In this document: in pieces, positions 63,523-64,000 of the stretch
Position numbering within the stretch: the stretch's first letter is position 1
Layout: every line of letters starts with the position of its first letter
DNA from: Paraspadella gotoi
Taxonomy: Eukaryota; Animalia; Chaetognatha
Assembly: GCA_051294375.1 (NCBI GenBank)
Contig: JBJCIZ010000282.1
Coordinates: 1 to 64,000 of the forward strand
Direction of reading: 5' to 3'
Length of the DNA stretch: 64,000 bases
The notes under the pieces: generated by a model
Databases searched by the model: none
What the model saw: only the letters and a program-made list of their open reading frames with translations
What the model was told of the DNA's origin: nothing
Program-made: the position numbers and the translations under genes

Positions 63523-64000
63523 TATAGCAATTAGACCGACTTGTCATTTTGTAAACAAATCGCCCCATCCCAGGATTCGATCCTGGTATCTAATCGCTGG
63601 ATCGCCAGGACTTACAGCTCGACGCTAGCCAGGCGACCGATCGTTTCTGATTCAAATCTCTGCTAAATAACTTTAACACAGAATTCAGATCTTTTGTTTT
63701 CAAATAATTCAGTCCTCACTCATCAGATGTCGCTCAACTGAATCTTTTATTATCTGTTATGAATTGTTTACTTTATTGAATCTTAACTGAATGATTTTCA
63801 GTCTTGATAATCAGATCTTGAAACTAAATCGTTATCTCTTGAATTAAATCGTTTATCAATTACTTCACTAAAAACGTTTTTATTAATTCATCTAAAAATG
63901 TATGAGTTACATTAAGTCAGAGATGAACATAAATAAAGTGAATCGAATCAATGTTTTATCTACATAATAATGTAAACAAACTAATCTACATTCGAATATG

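Overview
AT-rich eukaryotic (probably invertebrate animal) repeat-dense DNA with six N-gaps and patches of noisy, long-read-like sequence. I found no convincing host gene. The main feature is a complete 10.4-kb Ty3/Gypsy-type LTR retroelement on the minus strand (33888-44268). It has 360-bp LTRs differing at one base, a TSD, PBS and PPT, and the order gag-PR-RT-RNaseH-[OTU-like domain + acidic/Pro linker]-IN-env. Three things are unusual: env resembles a chuvirus/class III fusion glycoprotein, pol carries an apparently catalytically dead OTU-like domain between RNase H and integrase, and the LTRs lack TG...CA ends. Two more relics of this env-bearing lineage occur at ~11.6-20.9 kb and 62.6-63.5 kb. 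The window also holds a 693-bp TRIM whose LTRs contain tRNA-like Pol III boxes, a ~16-kb inverted duplication that may be an assembly artefact, nested hAT/MULE-like MITEs and DINE-1/Helentron-like elements, a Penelope-like fragment and an interstitial TTAGGG-rich satellite. Protein family calls are by-eye motif recognition, not database results.
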